Positions 52,261 through 64,000 of a DNA stretch of 64,000 nucleotides are shown one piece after another. How positions within the stretch are numbered: the stretch's first letter is position 1; each line of letters begins with the position of its first letter. A program made the translations under genes and the position numbers. A model generated the notes under the pieces. It ran no database searches, was not told where the DNA came from, and was given only the letters and a program-made list of their open reading frames with translations. Origin of the DNA: Octopus sinensis (taxonomy: Eukaryota); contig NC_043010.1 of assembly GCF_006345805.1 (NCBI RefSeq), positions 40,052,001-40,116,000 on the forward strand, in the 5' to 3' direction.

Positions 52261-53203
52261 TAGTGCGATACGACAGAAATTCGTTATACTAATTTATCAT
52301 TACTAATTCGTAAACACTGCGATCACCATTGAGTAGTAATGGAACGTTTTCGTTACTTGTCAAGCGGAAATTCTTTAGAAAAATTAGCTTCTTTCTATTT
52401 GGTATTGACTTGGCAAAAAAATCACTTCGACAAACGGTAAAAATTAAATCAATTTTACTGTAGCAGCAACAAAATATTTTCAGCTTTTGATTCTTGCATA
52501 CATCAAACGTCTGTTTATTATATAACCATTGATTCTTAATATCGATTATGCTGGAATTATTATCTATCACGTTTGGTTCTTAGTCGTGTTGATTCCGTGA
52601 AATATTATTTATTTTTCTAGTTTATTATTTAATACGTATTAATTTTTGTTTTTTTTTTAATTTTTATTTTGTTACTGTATATTTCAAAGTATGAAAATTA
52701 ATGTTAAATTGATTGAAATTAGAATGTTGTGAGGATTGAGAATTGCTTTGAATATTGTATATAGAATTAAATGATTACGTTGTTGTTGCTGTTGATGTCG
52801 TTGTTGTTTAGTGGTTTTTGTTTAGGTGAGGTTTGATTGATCAGATATATGATCAAAGACGATCCAGAGTTGAACAGCTCGATATCCCTATGGATGTGTT
52901 ATCCAAAACTCTAGACTGTCATTTCTGGATATTTGAATGCTGTTTCTAAAAGGTCGAAGGACGACTCTTTAAAATTGTCCGATCTTTTTCTTGAGATGTA
53001 TCTGTGAATAAATTGTCTAATACTGTAAGCTTTTATCTGAGGAGATTTCAATGCTGAATCTAACAAGTCAAAACTGATTTAATTTTGAATATTCTCATAA
53101 TTTTAGAACCCATCTAGAAATACATTTTATGTAAGTTTTTAGGTTGTTATTTGAGGGGAGTTGAGTGTTGGTCAAAAAGATGATCTACTTTTGAACATAA
53201 ATA

Positions 53204-53357
53204 GGTGCAGACGTGGTTGTGTGGTAAGAGACTTGTTTCCCAACCACATAGTTCCGGGTTCGGTCCTACTCCGTGGCACCTTGGAAGGGTATCCTCTACT
53301 ATAGCCTCAGACAGACCTAAGCTTTGTGAATGCATTTGGTAGACGGAACCTGAGGGA

Positions 53358-53413
<56 letters not shown>

Positions 53414-53612
53414 TGTTTGTGTGTCTGTGTTTGTCACCGCACCATCGCTTGACAAACGTTGTTGGTGTGTTTAAGTCCCCGTAACTTAGCGGCGGTTCGG
53501 CAAAAGAAACCGATAGTATAATTGCTGACCTTACAAAGATTTATTCGACGAAAGACGGTACACTAGCATGGCCGCAATCAAATGAGTGAAACAAATGAAA
53601 GAACGAAAGAAT
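53204..53612 (+). mobile_element. SINE family A, diverged
   Basis: Head, microsatellite and tail. Confidence 0.8.
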
Positions 53613-53964
53613 ACCATCATAATAGATACATCTAGGAACTCATTTGAGATTGTAGGCTATTAGCTGAGGCGATTTAGCTACTATTTCTACCCGGACAAAG
53701 TCTCTCCAACTGACTCTGTTTTATATAACTAACATCCTTTAGTTCAGTCCATGCTGGTTAATCGCACGAATTTTTTCAAAGTCAATCTGGTTTGAACTGC
53801 CACTAAATTGGAGTATGGGAGAAGACATGTGTTGTAATAAGTTAAGCTAAGATGTCTATTAATACTTTAGTTCTAATTGTTTGGACTCGGTGTTTTGATG
53901 TCAATGCAATTGACTCTACTTATTTGTGGTGTCTATGTGGTAAATAAATGATCCACTCAGCGAA

Positions 53965-54085
53965 ACAGAGAATAGAGATGTGGATATTTTCCTCTCTCTT
54001 CTAAAACACACGAGGTTTGAACAATTAGTTCGAAAATATATAATTTTTGTTAAAACTTAGAGGAGTTGCCGTCATTTTGAACAAA
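53965..54085 (+). repeat. 121-bp segment duplicated at 60626-60746
   Basis: Identical except one substitution (cacacgagg/cacacaagg). Confidence 0.95.
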
Positions 54086-54165
54086 AAGACACTTTCCATA
54101 ATGTAATCTTCAGTACCACGAAATATTTCAAATAAAACCACTACCGCCTTTAAAATGAAAAAAAA

Positions 54166-54413
54166 GTGTTCCTTCTCGAGCCATGCCAGGCTCATAAGGG
54201 CCGGTTTCCTGGTTTCAGTGGCGTAGAAATTCCCCACCTGGACGGGACGCCGGTCTGTCGCAGGATTACTCATTTTTGCCAGCTGAGTGGACTGGAGCAA
54301 CGTGAGATGAAGTGTTTTGTTCAAGAACACAACGCATCGCTCGGTCTAGGAATCGAAACCACAACCTTACGATCATGAGTTCAACACCCTAACCACTAAG
54401 CCACGCGCCTCCA
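54166..54413 (-). mobile_element. tRNA-derived SINE family D (CORE-like and V-domain-like segments)
   Basis: ggaggcgcgtggcttagtggttaggg..tttcgattcc head; ctgcga..gac.ggcgtcccgtccagg segment; second copy at 58209-58435. Confidence 0.8.
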
Positions 54414-54459
54414 ACTTTAAAATGAAGGACGCATTCATTACCTTGATCTTACGTATCAT

Positions 54460-54996
<537 letters not shown>

Positions 54997-55009
54997 GTAT
55001 ATATATATT

Positions 55010-57270
55010 TTAACACTACACAATGGAAAGAACTGATAGAACTCCAAAATGATGAAGATATAACCATTAAGGAAGCGGACAAGGGAAATGCAGTTGTAAT
55101 AATGGATACATCATCCTACAGAAATCTTGTAATTTCCTTGCTTGATGAAGACCTACATTATGAAAAAATTACCAACTACACCCCACAAAAAATAATGAAA
55201 ACTCTATCTTCACTAATTAAAACCCATGAAAAGGAACTGACAACCAAAGAGATTGATTTCCTAACAAACTTTAAATGCAAACCTAGTCTTTTCTATGGTC
55301 TGCCAAAAATTCATAAAAGTCAAATTATAAATGAAACCATTAAAAAATCACCAAAGACATACATACACACACCTAATCCGGGGGACCTAAAACTACGACC
55401 CATTGTAGCTGGCCCAACCTGTGAAACACACAGACTAAGTCTACTTATGGACATCCTCTTGAAACCCTTCCTTAAACATATCGATAGCCATATCAGAGAT
55501 GACTTAGATATGTTAAACCACCTTCCAAAAAAACCAAGGAAGAAACAATCCTGGTTTCATTTGATGTAGTCAACTTGTATACCAGTATACCTCATAATTA
55601 TGGACTGGAGGCAATACAATTCTGGTTAGACCAATTTCCGGAAGAAATACCAAAAAGGATCAGTAAGGAATTCATTACTAAATCAATTGAATTCATCCTA
55701 CACAATAACCACATGTTTGACAATACATTTTACCGTCAAAAATCCGGAATTGCTATGGGTACAAGGGCAGCACCAGTCATTGCGAACTTAACAATGGGAT
55801 ACATGGAAATAATCATTTACCAGGAATCTCTATCAATCTTTGGAAACTCCCTCTCTCAATATATAAAAGAGAATTGGAAACGATTCCTAGACGATTGTTT
55901 CATTCTCTGGAATGAAAACATAGATAAACTCCTAAAATTTAAAAACCTATTGAACAGCATAAACCCAATATACAGTTCACAATGGAATACAACCAAAAGG
56001 AGCTCCCGTTCTTGGATATACTAATTAAAAAATTAACCTTAAAATAGAAACAGACATTTTTTACAAAGCCACAGACGCCAAACAATACCTTCTTTTTAAT
56101 TCATGCCACCCAAGACACACTAAAACAAACATCCCCTTCAACCTTGCAAGAAGGATATGCACAATAGTGTCAGAACAAAATACCAGGAACTTTAGACTGC
56201 AATAACTCAAAAACACCCTAATTGACAGACATTACCCAGCTCAACTCATAGAGGATGGGATCAGACGTGCAACAGAAATCAACATAGAAACTTTAAGAAA
56301 AGTTCAACACAACAACACACCTTCCCCGAAAATACTACCTTATATATCTACATACAACCCCAGAAACAAAGAAGCCTTCACCACCATCACCCAGAATTTA
56401 CCAATACTTCATAAAAACCCAAAATTAAAGGAAATTCTAAACATACACAAATCATTAAAAGCTACAAACAGCCTAAATCACTTAAAAAGATTCTCACAAA
56501 GGCAAAATTGTCTTCTAAAATTACGGATGCAAAAGTTAAAAAATGTGGTAGATCGAACTGTGCAACATGTCCTAACCTATTGGAAGGATCAGAATTCTTC
56601 TTTAAAGAGGGACAGAAATTTAAGATCAAATCTAACTTTACTTGTGCCTCTGAAAACATAATTTATGTTATTAAATGCTCGGGCTGCCACCAAGACTACG
56701 TGGGTTCCACGGGACTATCACTCAGGCGTAGATGCACACTGCATCGACAACAGATTGCATTCCCAGAATATAGAATGATACCTTTTAGTGAGCACATTGA
56801 GAAATGCGCAAAGCAACTACTGCCACAATTTTTAATCTTCCCATTTTACCAATGTGCTTTCGGATCATCAACACAAATGAGACTGAACAAGGAAACATTC
56901 TTCATTGAAAAGTACAAACCCAGACTCAACCATCCGAACATACTGACACAGAGAAATTAACAAGGAAAAAGGAAAAAAATTTTTAAGCGATTATCTCCCT
57001 TACACCGGAAGAAATCACTCACTACCTCCCCTTATTTAGAAATCTCCTGGAAATAAAAACAACGATAACTCCATGCAATATAAACATAACGTCACAAGAA
57101 ATTTGAAAAGCTACACGCGAAACCGGTAATTTCTTTAAAAATTTAAAAATTATGTCATTTTAAGGAAAAGGAAAAAAAGTTTTTCCAATATTCTCCAGAC
57201 ATTTTGACACAAATATATATATTTTTTAATATTTAAGCCTTCTGTCGTTTTTTCACACTTTACTATTTTC
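55010..57270 (+). mobile_element. Penelope-like retroelement (Neptune-type; RT + GIY-YIG), 5'-truncated and disrupted
   Basis: [48 protein letters not shown] (RT); KCGRSNCATC linker; IYVIKCSGCHQDYVGSTG..LRRR..H (GIY-YIG); (TA)n on both sides. Confidence 0.93.
57096..57135 (+). ncRNA. Minimal type I hammerhead ribozyme with U3-A8 core covariation in the Penelope 3' region
   Basis: aagaaat-TTGAAAA-gc[tacac]gc-GAA-accggT-A^atttctt; 7-bp perfect stem I, palindromic stem III. Confidence 0.72.
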
Positions 57271-57271
57271 T

Positions 57272-57369
<98 letters not shown>

Positions 57370-58208
57370 ATACACACAAACACACACACACACACATACA
57401 CATATATATATATAAGTAATCAAAAATCGGAGAAAAAGACAACAAAAAAACCAACAACACGTACATGCAAAGTATTAAGAAGATGCTCCGAGAAGGAAAG
57501 TAAGAGTGGAAAGTCCGACGTATATCATGTGTGTACAAATTGATGTAAGACTGCTACTATTAAATTTCGAATTCCATGTAGATTAACATCATCCCACTAC
57601 CGTAATTAATAGTATTACTAGTTATGACATACAGGAAAAATTACGATGAACACAAGTTTAATTATCTGTTTATACGTGTGTTACTCGATTATGATTGCTT
57701 CGAGTCTAAGTGGATATTTAAGCACCATGGATAATCAGGGAACCCTTAATTGCATTATGTTACAGATGAATAACTAGTTCCTCCTGATGATGTCTTTAGC
57801 CACTAGATCCTATAAAGGAACTGTTGAGGTAGCGAACCACGAAACGTGGTTAGAATTCCCATTCCTAGTTCTCTGAAACATAACACAATGAAGTGTTCCC
57901 AGACGATGGATTATGGTAAGGCATATAATTGCACATGGTGTGTTCAATGCAGTGTTTTATGTAATCAAAATGGTGAGAAATATCTAGGAACAAATGATAT
58001 AGATATGTGTTTACCGTAATTTCTCTTATACATACGTATATTCATTTATATAAACATATACATGTGTATATACCTATGTAAATATTGACATGATATGTGT
58101 GTGTGTGTGCGTTTGTGAGTGTGTGTGTGTGTATAAAAATTATATAAACAGCGAAGCGTCATGTAATACCATAAAGGAAAAATTTAATCGTCATTAAATG
58201 TGGCTGAG

Positions 58209-58435
58209 TGGAGGCGCGTGGCTTAGTGTTTAGGGTGTCAGCAACCAAGGTTGTGGTTTCGATTCCTGGACCGGGCGACTCGTTGTGTTCTTGAGCAAAA
58301 CACTTCATTTCACGATGTTCCAGTCCACTCACGGGGTAAAATGAGTAACGCTGCGATGGACTGGCGTCCCATCAAGCTGGGGAACACATACGCCATAGAA
58401 ACCGGGCCCATGAGCCTGGCTAGTCTTTAAAAGGG
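58209..58435 (+). mobile_element. SINE family D
   Basis: Matches the reverse complement of 54166-54413. Confidence 0.8.
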
Positions 58436-58522
58436 CCATTGCTAGAAATAACAGCAGTTAAAAACTCTTAACGTTGCAAGAACATAGCAAAATCTGTTCC
58501 CTGTCTGTGTATATATATATTG

Positions 58523-58905
58523 CGTGGAGGCACAATAGCCCAATGATCAGGGCAGCTGCCTCGCGGTCGTGGGATCGCGTTTTCGATTCCCAGACCGGGC
58601 ATTGTGAGTGTTAACCGAGTGAGAACACCTAAAGCCCCACGAGGCTCCGTTAGGGGTTGGGTGTTACGAACACTGCTGTATTATTTCACCATAATTTTCT
58701 CTCACTTATTTTTGTTTCTGTTGTACCTCTATTTCAGAGGGCCAAGATTGTCACGTTCTGTGTTACGCTGAATCTCACTGAGAACTACGTTAAGGGTACA
58801 TGTGTCTGTGGAGTGCTCAGCCACTTGCATGTTAATTTCACGAGCAGGCTGTTCCGTTGATCGGATCAAATGGGACCTTCGTCGTCGTAACCGACAGAGT
58901 GCCAC
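58523..58905 (+). mobile_element. tRNA-derived SINE family E, full length (3' part also at 61290-61460 minus)
   Basis: tRNA-like head ggaggcac..tcgattcccagaccgggc; tail cagccacttgcatgttaatttcacg..gtaaccgac.gagtgcca. Confidence 0.75.
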
Positions 58906-59040
58906 GTATATATATTGCACTCTTCTTACAGTGTTATGAGTTATTAACTCTTATTTCTATGTACATAGGTAAATACATATGTATCCGAAACACTGCTTCA
59001 GCTCCCTCGGCCACATTTAGTGAAAGTTATATCCTATCTG

Positions 59041-59086
<46 letters not shown>

Positions 59087-59158
59087 TACACACACACACA
59101 CAAACACACATACATACACACACAAAAACACACACACACAACACACACACACACACAT

Positions 59159-59213
<55 letters not shown>

Positions 59214-59217
59214 TGTA

Positions 59218-59865
59218 TTGGGTTGTCCGGAAAGTTCGGTCCGATATATAGTAGCTTAACATTCGACTTACTTTAGAACATCGTTGAGTCCATAAAATAG
59301 GATTTGGCTACACCTCAATTTAGAGCACAGTTTAAGCTATATTTTCATGGAAGAAGGTTTATGTTCCTATAACCTGTGTTAATTCTATAACCCTTTAAAA
59401 TGAAAGATAACACATGTTATGGGGTAACACATTCCCGCCGAGCTGCAGCAATTTTTCTTTGGTTCCCAAAGCATCAAGTGCCGAAAATGAGGCAAGTTCA
59501 TTTTCGGCACTTGATGATTTGGGAACCAAAGAAAAATTGCTGCAGCCCGGCGGGAATGTGTTACCCCACCCTCCATATTCACCAGATTTTGCTCCTTCGG
59601 ATTTCCACTTAATCAGGTCTCTGCAGAATAGTCTTAATGGTAAAAATTTCAGTTCCTTGGATGACGTAAAAGGATTCCTTGATGAATTCTTTGCCATGAA
59701 ACCACCTCAATTCTGGGAAGATGGTATTATCAACTTAAAGGAAAGATGGAGACGCATTGTATAACAAAACGGTTCATATTTGTTTGATTAAAAATGTAAT
59801 GGCAAGTATTTATTGACCTTTTTCCTTTCCTTTAAAAATCGGCACGAACTTTCCGGACAACCCAA
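59218..59865 (+). mobile_element. Internally deleted mariner (same family as 45358-46579) with an internal hairpin
   Basis: TIRs ttgggttgtccggaaagttcg / cgaactttccggacaacccaa with TA flanks; HPPYSPDFAPSDFHLIRSLQNSL. Confidence 0.93.
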
Positions 59866-59875
59866 TATATTTCGC

Positions 59876-59925
<50 letters not shown>

Positions 59926-60508
59926 TAGTTAAGTAACTACACATGCCTGGTGTATATTTCTAACCATATCAACGATCACTATTCATATACACTGGCTGTA
60001 GCTTGCGGTTTGGAAGAATCAACCATGCTGATTTGTGTTATAATTAGTGGCAATTAAACTGCAATTAGCATTTACTGTAAAAGTCGACAAGCCACAGCTG
60101 GAAATTCTATCATTAGATTTATTTCCCCGTTTTTAAAGCCATTACCGGGGACGATAAAATGGTAATAAACAATGGAAGTCCGTAACTCTTAGCTAATAAC
60201 AGAGAGCAATATCATACGTGCCGAAGAGAAAGCAACCTGTGTTTCGTTTCACTGAACACAGCCATCTCTGTAATTTAGAATAGGGTGAGATGTAATATTC
60301 TTGTCTTCATGTCTTTTTAAATGCCATTAATTGTCGGTGAAGGCGACGATAAGTAGCATTTAACTCAGAAATCGCAGCCGTTTGCTCGATTTGCCTGGCT
60401 GAGAGATTTATTTGCATTAAATTATATACAGTCTCCATCCCCACTATTATATTCTGATAGTTTACAAAATGTTCCTCCCGTCTCTCTATATTCGAAAGTA
60501 AAGAGAAA

Positions 60509-60558
<50 letters not shown>

Positions 60559-60834
60559 GAAAAAATAAATTGTAGTGTTGGAGCTGGGTGTGTGAAGATT
60601 AAGAATTGATCTTTCGCTTCCTTGTACAGAGAATAGAGATGTGGATATTTTCCTCTCTCTTCTAAAACACACAAGGTTTGAACAATTAGTTCGAAAATAT
60701 ATAATTTTTGTTAAAACTTAGAGGAGTTGCCGTCATTTTGAACAAAGCAAGTAACTGCCCTTTGGGCGGAGATAAGCATATAATAGCATCTAATTGTTGC
60801 AGGCTTTTGTGAAACTGTAAATTCATATTTTCTG

Positions 60835-61255
60835 CTTTTATTCTTTTTCTAGTCATCTGACTGCGGTCATGCTGGAACACCGCCTTCATTCGAACAAATC
60901 TACCCCAGGACTTATTATTTGTAGGCGTTATACCTATCCTAAGAGTCTCTTTTTGCCGAACCGCTAAGTTACGGGGACGTAAACGCACCAACATCGGTTG
61001 TCAGGTGATGTCAAACACATACACACAAACATATACGCATATACGCATACATACACACACACACATATATATATGTGCTTATATATATATACGACGGGCT
61101 TCTTTCAATTTCCGTCTACCAAATCTACTCACAAGGCTTTGGTCGGCCCATGGCTATAGTAGGAGACACTGGCCCAAAGTGCCACGCTTTGGGACTGAAC
61201 TCGGAACCATATGGTTTGTAAGCAAGCTACTTACATCACAGCCACTCCTGAGCCT
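60835..61255 (-). mobile_element. SINE family A
   Basis: Reverse complement of the full element. Confidence 0.85.
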
Positions 61256-62530
61256 ATGTTTACTAAACATTTTCTTCTTACATTTAAAAAACAAAATGGC
61301 ATTCCGTCGATTACAAAGGGCCAGTGTCCCAGTTGATTCGATCAGCGAATGAGCCTGCACGTGAAATTAAGGTGTAAGTGGCTGAGCACACCGCATACAT
61401 GTGTACCCTTCATGTAGTCCACGGGATATTCAGTGTGAAACAAAATGTAACAACACTGACTATTTCTCATAAGGGTACAAATCGTTTTGGCCACTGAGTT
61501 GACTGGATCAAGAGGAATTACTGCACACCAGTCGAATTTTCTTAATTACTATAAAGGCTTTATATTGTGGTATTTAAATTTATTTCAACATTTACTATAA
61601 AGCCATAAATTTTAGGGAAAGTGTCTTAGTCGACTACACTGATCCTTTTACTTGAATGATATTCTATTATACTGATCCTGAAAGGATGAAAGTCAGAGAG
61701 CTGACTTCGGCAGGCCTTGACCTATGAACTTCAAGTACCGGAAGAGACGATGCTAAAATTCTGCTGACACGTCGCCATCATTGTGGTATGTAAATTAGGA
61801 AAGGTTTCAAATCAGTCTATTCGGAAATGGTTAAATGTAACAATATATATTTGTAAATATGAGCTTTTCATAGCATTAAATTATAAACAGTTAAGCACGA
61901 GCATATTTCTTGTGTGGCTAATTTTTATCAGTCACGCTTATTTGTGATACTTTGACATATCATTTTGTGACATCGATGCACTTTGTAATTACAAATATTA
62001 GCTGTTTGGTTATGAATAATTGCTGCCATCTTGAAATTACACCATATAATTGCATAGACCTCAATTATGCATGTGCCACTGGGAGCAATTCCGATGCACT
62101 ACTTCAAACAATATGAAAGAGAACGATAATGAAGGGCTAATACTCATCACGCAGCACTGTACAGGAGGAAAGACCCGGATAACATGCAACGCTCTCTAAT
62201 AAATAGGATACTTAACTATTAACATACCAAGTTAACGACGGAACGTTGTAATACCGGCTTTAATGTCAGCACCAGTCACACTTGTGTTTCCTGCTATAAA
62301 ATGGATCAACACACGACATAACTTACTCCGGAAGGTGAACCCTTGAAGATATAGAAACGATAATCAGCAATTTAGGATGTTTATTGATGCAAAATAACCT
62401 GCGTTAAATTTATACACTTCCATACAAAACATTAAGCTGCCGTGTGAACAAGCTAGGTTACACGATTTTGAGTTACAGCATAGATGTAAAATTGATAAAT
62501 GACATTTAATTTACACTATGTTTCGATAAT

Positions 62531-62733
62531 GCGGAGGCACATGGCCTAGTGGTTAGAGCAGCGGACTTGCGGTCGAGGGATCGCGGGTTCAAATCTCAGA
62601 CCGGGCGATGTGTGTGTTTATGAGCGAAACACCTAAGCTCCACGCGGCTCCGCCAGCAGGTAATGGCGAACTTCGGCTGACTCTTTCACCGGCTCTTTCT
62701 CTATTGGCAAGAAATCTTGAAATAAAACTGAAC
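62531..62733 (+). mobile_element. SINE family E head fused to an R4/Dong 3' tail
   Basis: Head tggcctagtggttag..gggttcaaatctc; tail accggctctttctctattggcaagaaatcttgaaataaaactgaac matches 555-600. Confidence 0.75.
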
Positions 62734-63077
62734 AAACGTATGTACGTTCATAGACACACACACACACACACACACGCATAATCATTTGATTTAGTGTATA
62801 CAACCGATGAGTTTGTGAATCATGAAACTATCTGCGTTGCTCATTTAGATATTAATGGCATGGCAACCAGAAACGAAGAGACTTGTACGTGACAAGTTCT
62901 TTATCTCTGAACCCAAAATGTCACGAAACTCAAACTCCAGTGTCTGAAGCAAATACAGGATACATAATGAGATCCTGATTAGATCTGTCAAGAGAAATTC
63001 GCTGTAGGACTACTTGACCATGACTCATTCGGGTTGTGCTTGTACATGGTTAACTTTGGATTAAACAATCAAGAAAT

Positions 63078-63495
63078 ATGCGCAGGAATGGCTGTGTGGT
63101 AAGTAGCTTTCTTACCAACCACATGGTTCTGCGTGGCACCTTGGGCAAGTGTCTTCTACATAGCCTCGGGCTGACCAAAGCCTTGTGGGCGGATTTGGTA
63201 GACGGAAACTGGAAGAAGCCCGTCGTATATATATATGTATGTATATATATATGTATGTATGTGTGTACATGCTTGTGTGTCTGTGTTTGTCCCCCCAACA
63301 CCGCTTGACAACCGATGTTGTTTAGGTGTGTTTATGTCCCCGTAATTTAGCGGTGAGGCAAAAGTGACTGATAGAATAAGTACTAGGATAACAAAGAATA
63401 AGTCGTGGGGTCAATTTGCTCGACTAAAGGCGGTGCTCCAGCAGGGCCGCAGTCATATGACTGAAACAAGTAAAAGATTAAAAGAGTAAAAGAGT
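63078..63495 (+). mobile_element. SINE family A
   Basis: Head (small deletion), microsatellite and tail. Confidence 0.88.
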
Positions 63496-63780
63496 ATATC
63501 TATATGCTAGTTATAGTAATCAGATTGCTTTAAATTCCTCCTACCATATCAAAGAGAAGGGACATGTTGGATAAATGCAGCCATAGCTACATAAGGAAAT
63601 GGGATGTTCACTTTTGGAATGTCTTTGATTATCGGTTTGCTCCATCAATGCTTCCGTGGAAATGAAAGAAAACAATTACAAGATATTAATACCCTGCATT
63701 ACTCTTTTTTACTCTTTTACAATTTTACTTGTGATGGTGTACTATCTCCCTCACTCACTCTCACTCTTTTCATATATATT

Positions 63781-63828
<48 letters not shown>

Positions 63829-64000
63829 TATGTATGTATGTATGTATGTATGTATGTATGTATGTATGTATGAATATGTGCATGACAGCCAACCTATCCA
63901 GCAGTGGAGTTGTCACTACTGACGAGCTTTATTATTAATCGAAAATGGACTAGTATAATGATCTCGCTTGCTGTGGAGAGAGTTGTCTCCGCTATCAATG

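Noticed and set aside
57780-57852. CTGATGA ... GAAAC on the plus strand
   Set aside because: No stem II or stem I pairing consistent with a hammerhead.
62531-62605. tRNA-like sequences (also 54340-54413 and 58209-58275)
   Set aside because: They are SINE heads continuing into SINE bodies; the acceptor stems do not close as in true tRNAs.

Overview
Eukaryotic, AT-rich, microsatellite-saturated DNA, most consistent with an octopus/cephalopod intergenic or intronic region (inferred from repeat content, not confirmed). No host protein-coding gene could be supported; most ORFs in the track are artefacts of (TA)n, (CA)n and (TATG)n repeats. The window is a mosaic of mobile elements: a Penelope-like element (RT + GIY-YIG), two tandem near-identical ~3.1 kb CR1-group LINEs plus another CR1 fragment, two RTE fragments, two R4/Dong-type (REL endonuclease) fragments, four mariner relics, MITEs, a Helentron-type element and at least four tRNA-derived SINE families. 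The most striking signal is a set of hammerhead-ribozyme (HHR) folds read by eye in short non-coding elements embedded in (TA)n tracts. These include a 562-bp terminally redundant, retrozyme-like unit with an intact HHR (37849-38549), a second canonical HHR (7526-7606), and a U3-A8 core variant at the Penelope 3' end (57096-57135). Other highlights are a twin-priming-type inversion in an RTE, SINE/LINE 3'-tail sharing with covarying stems, a SINE-Dong chimera and a hairpin-bearing deleted mariner. Element boundaries are approximate unless termini are quoted.
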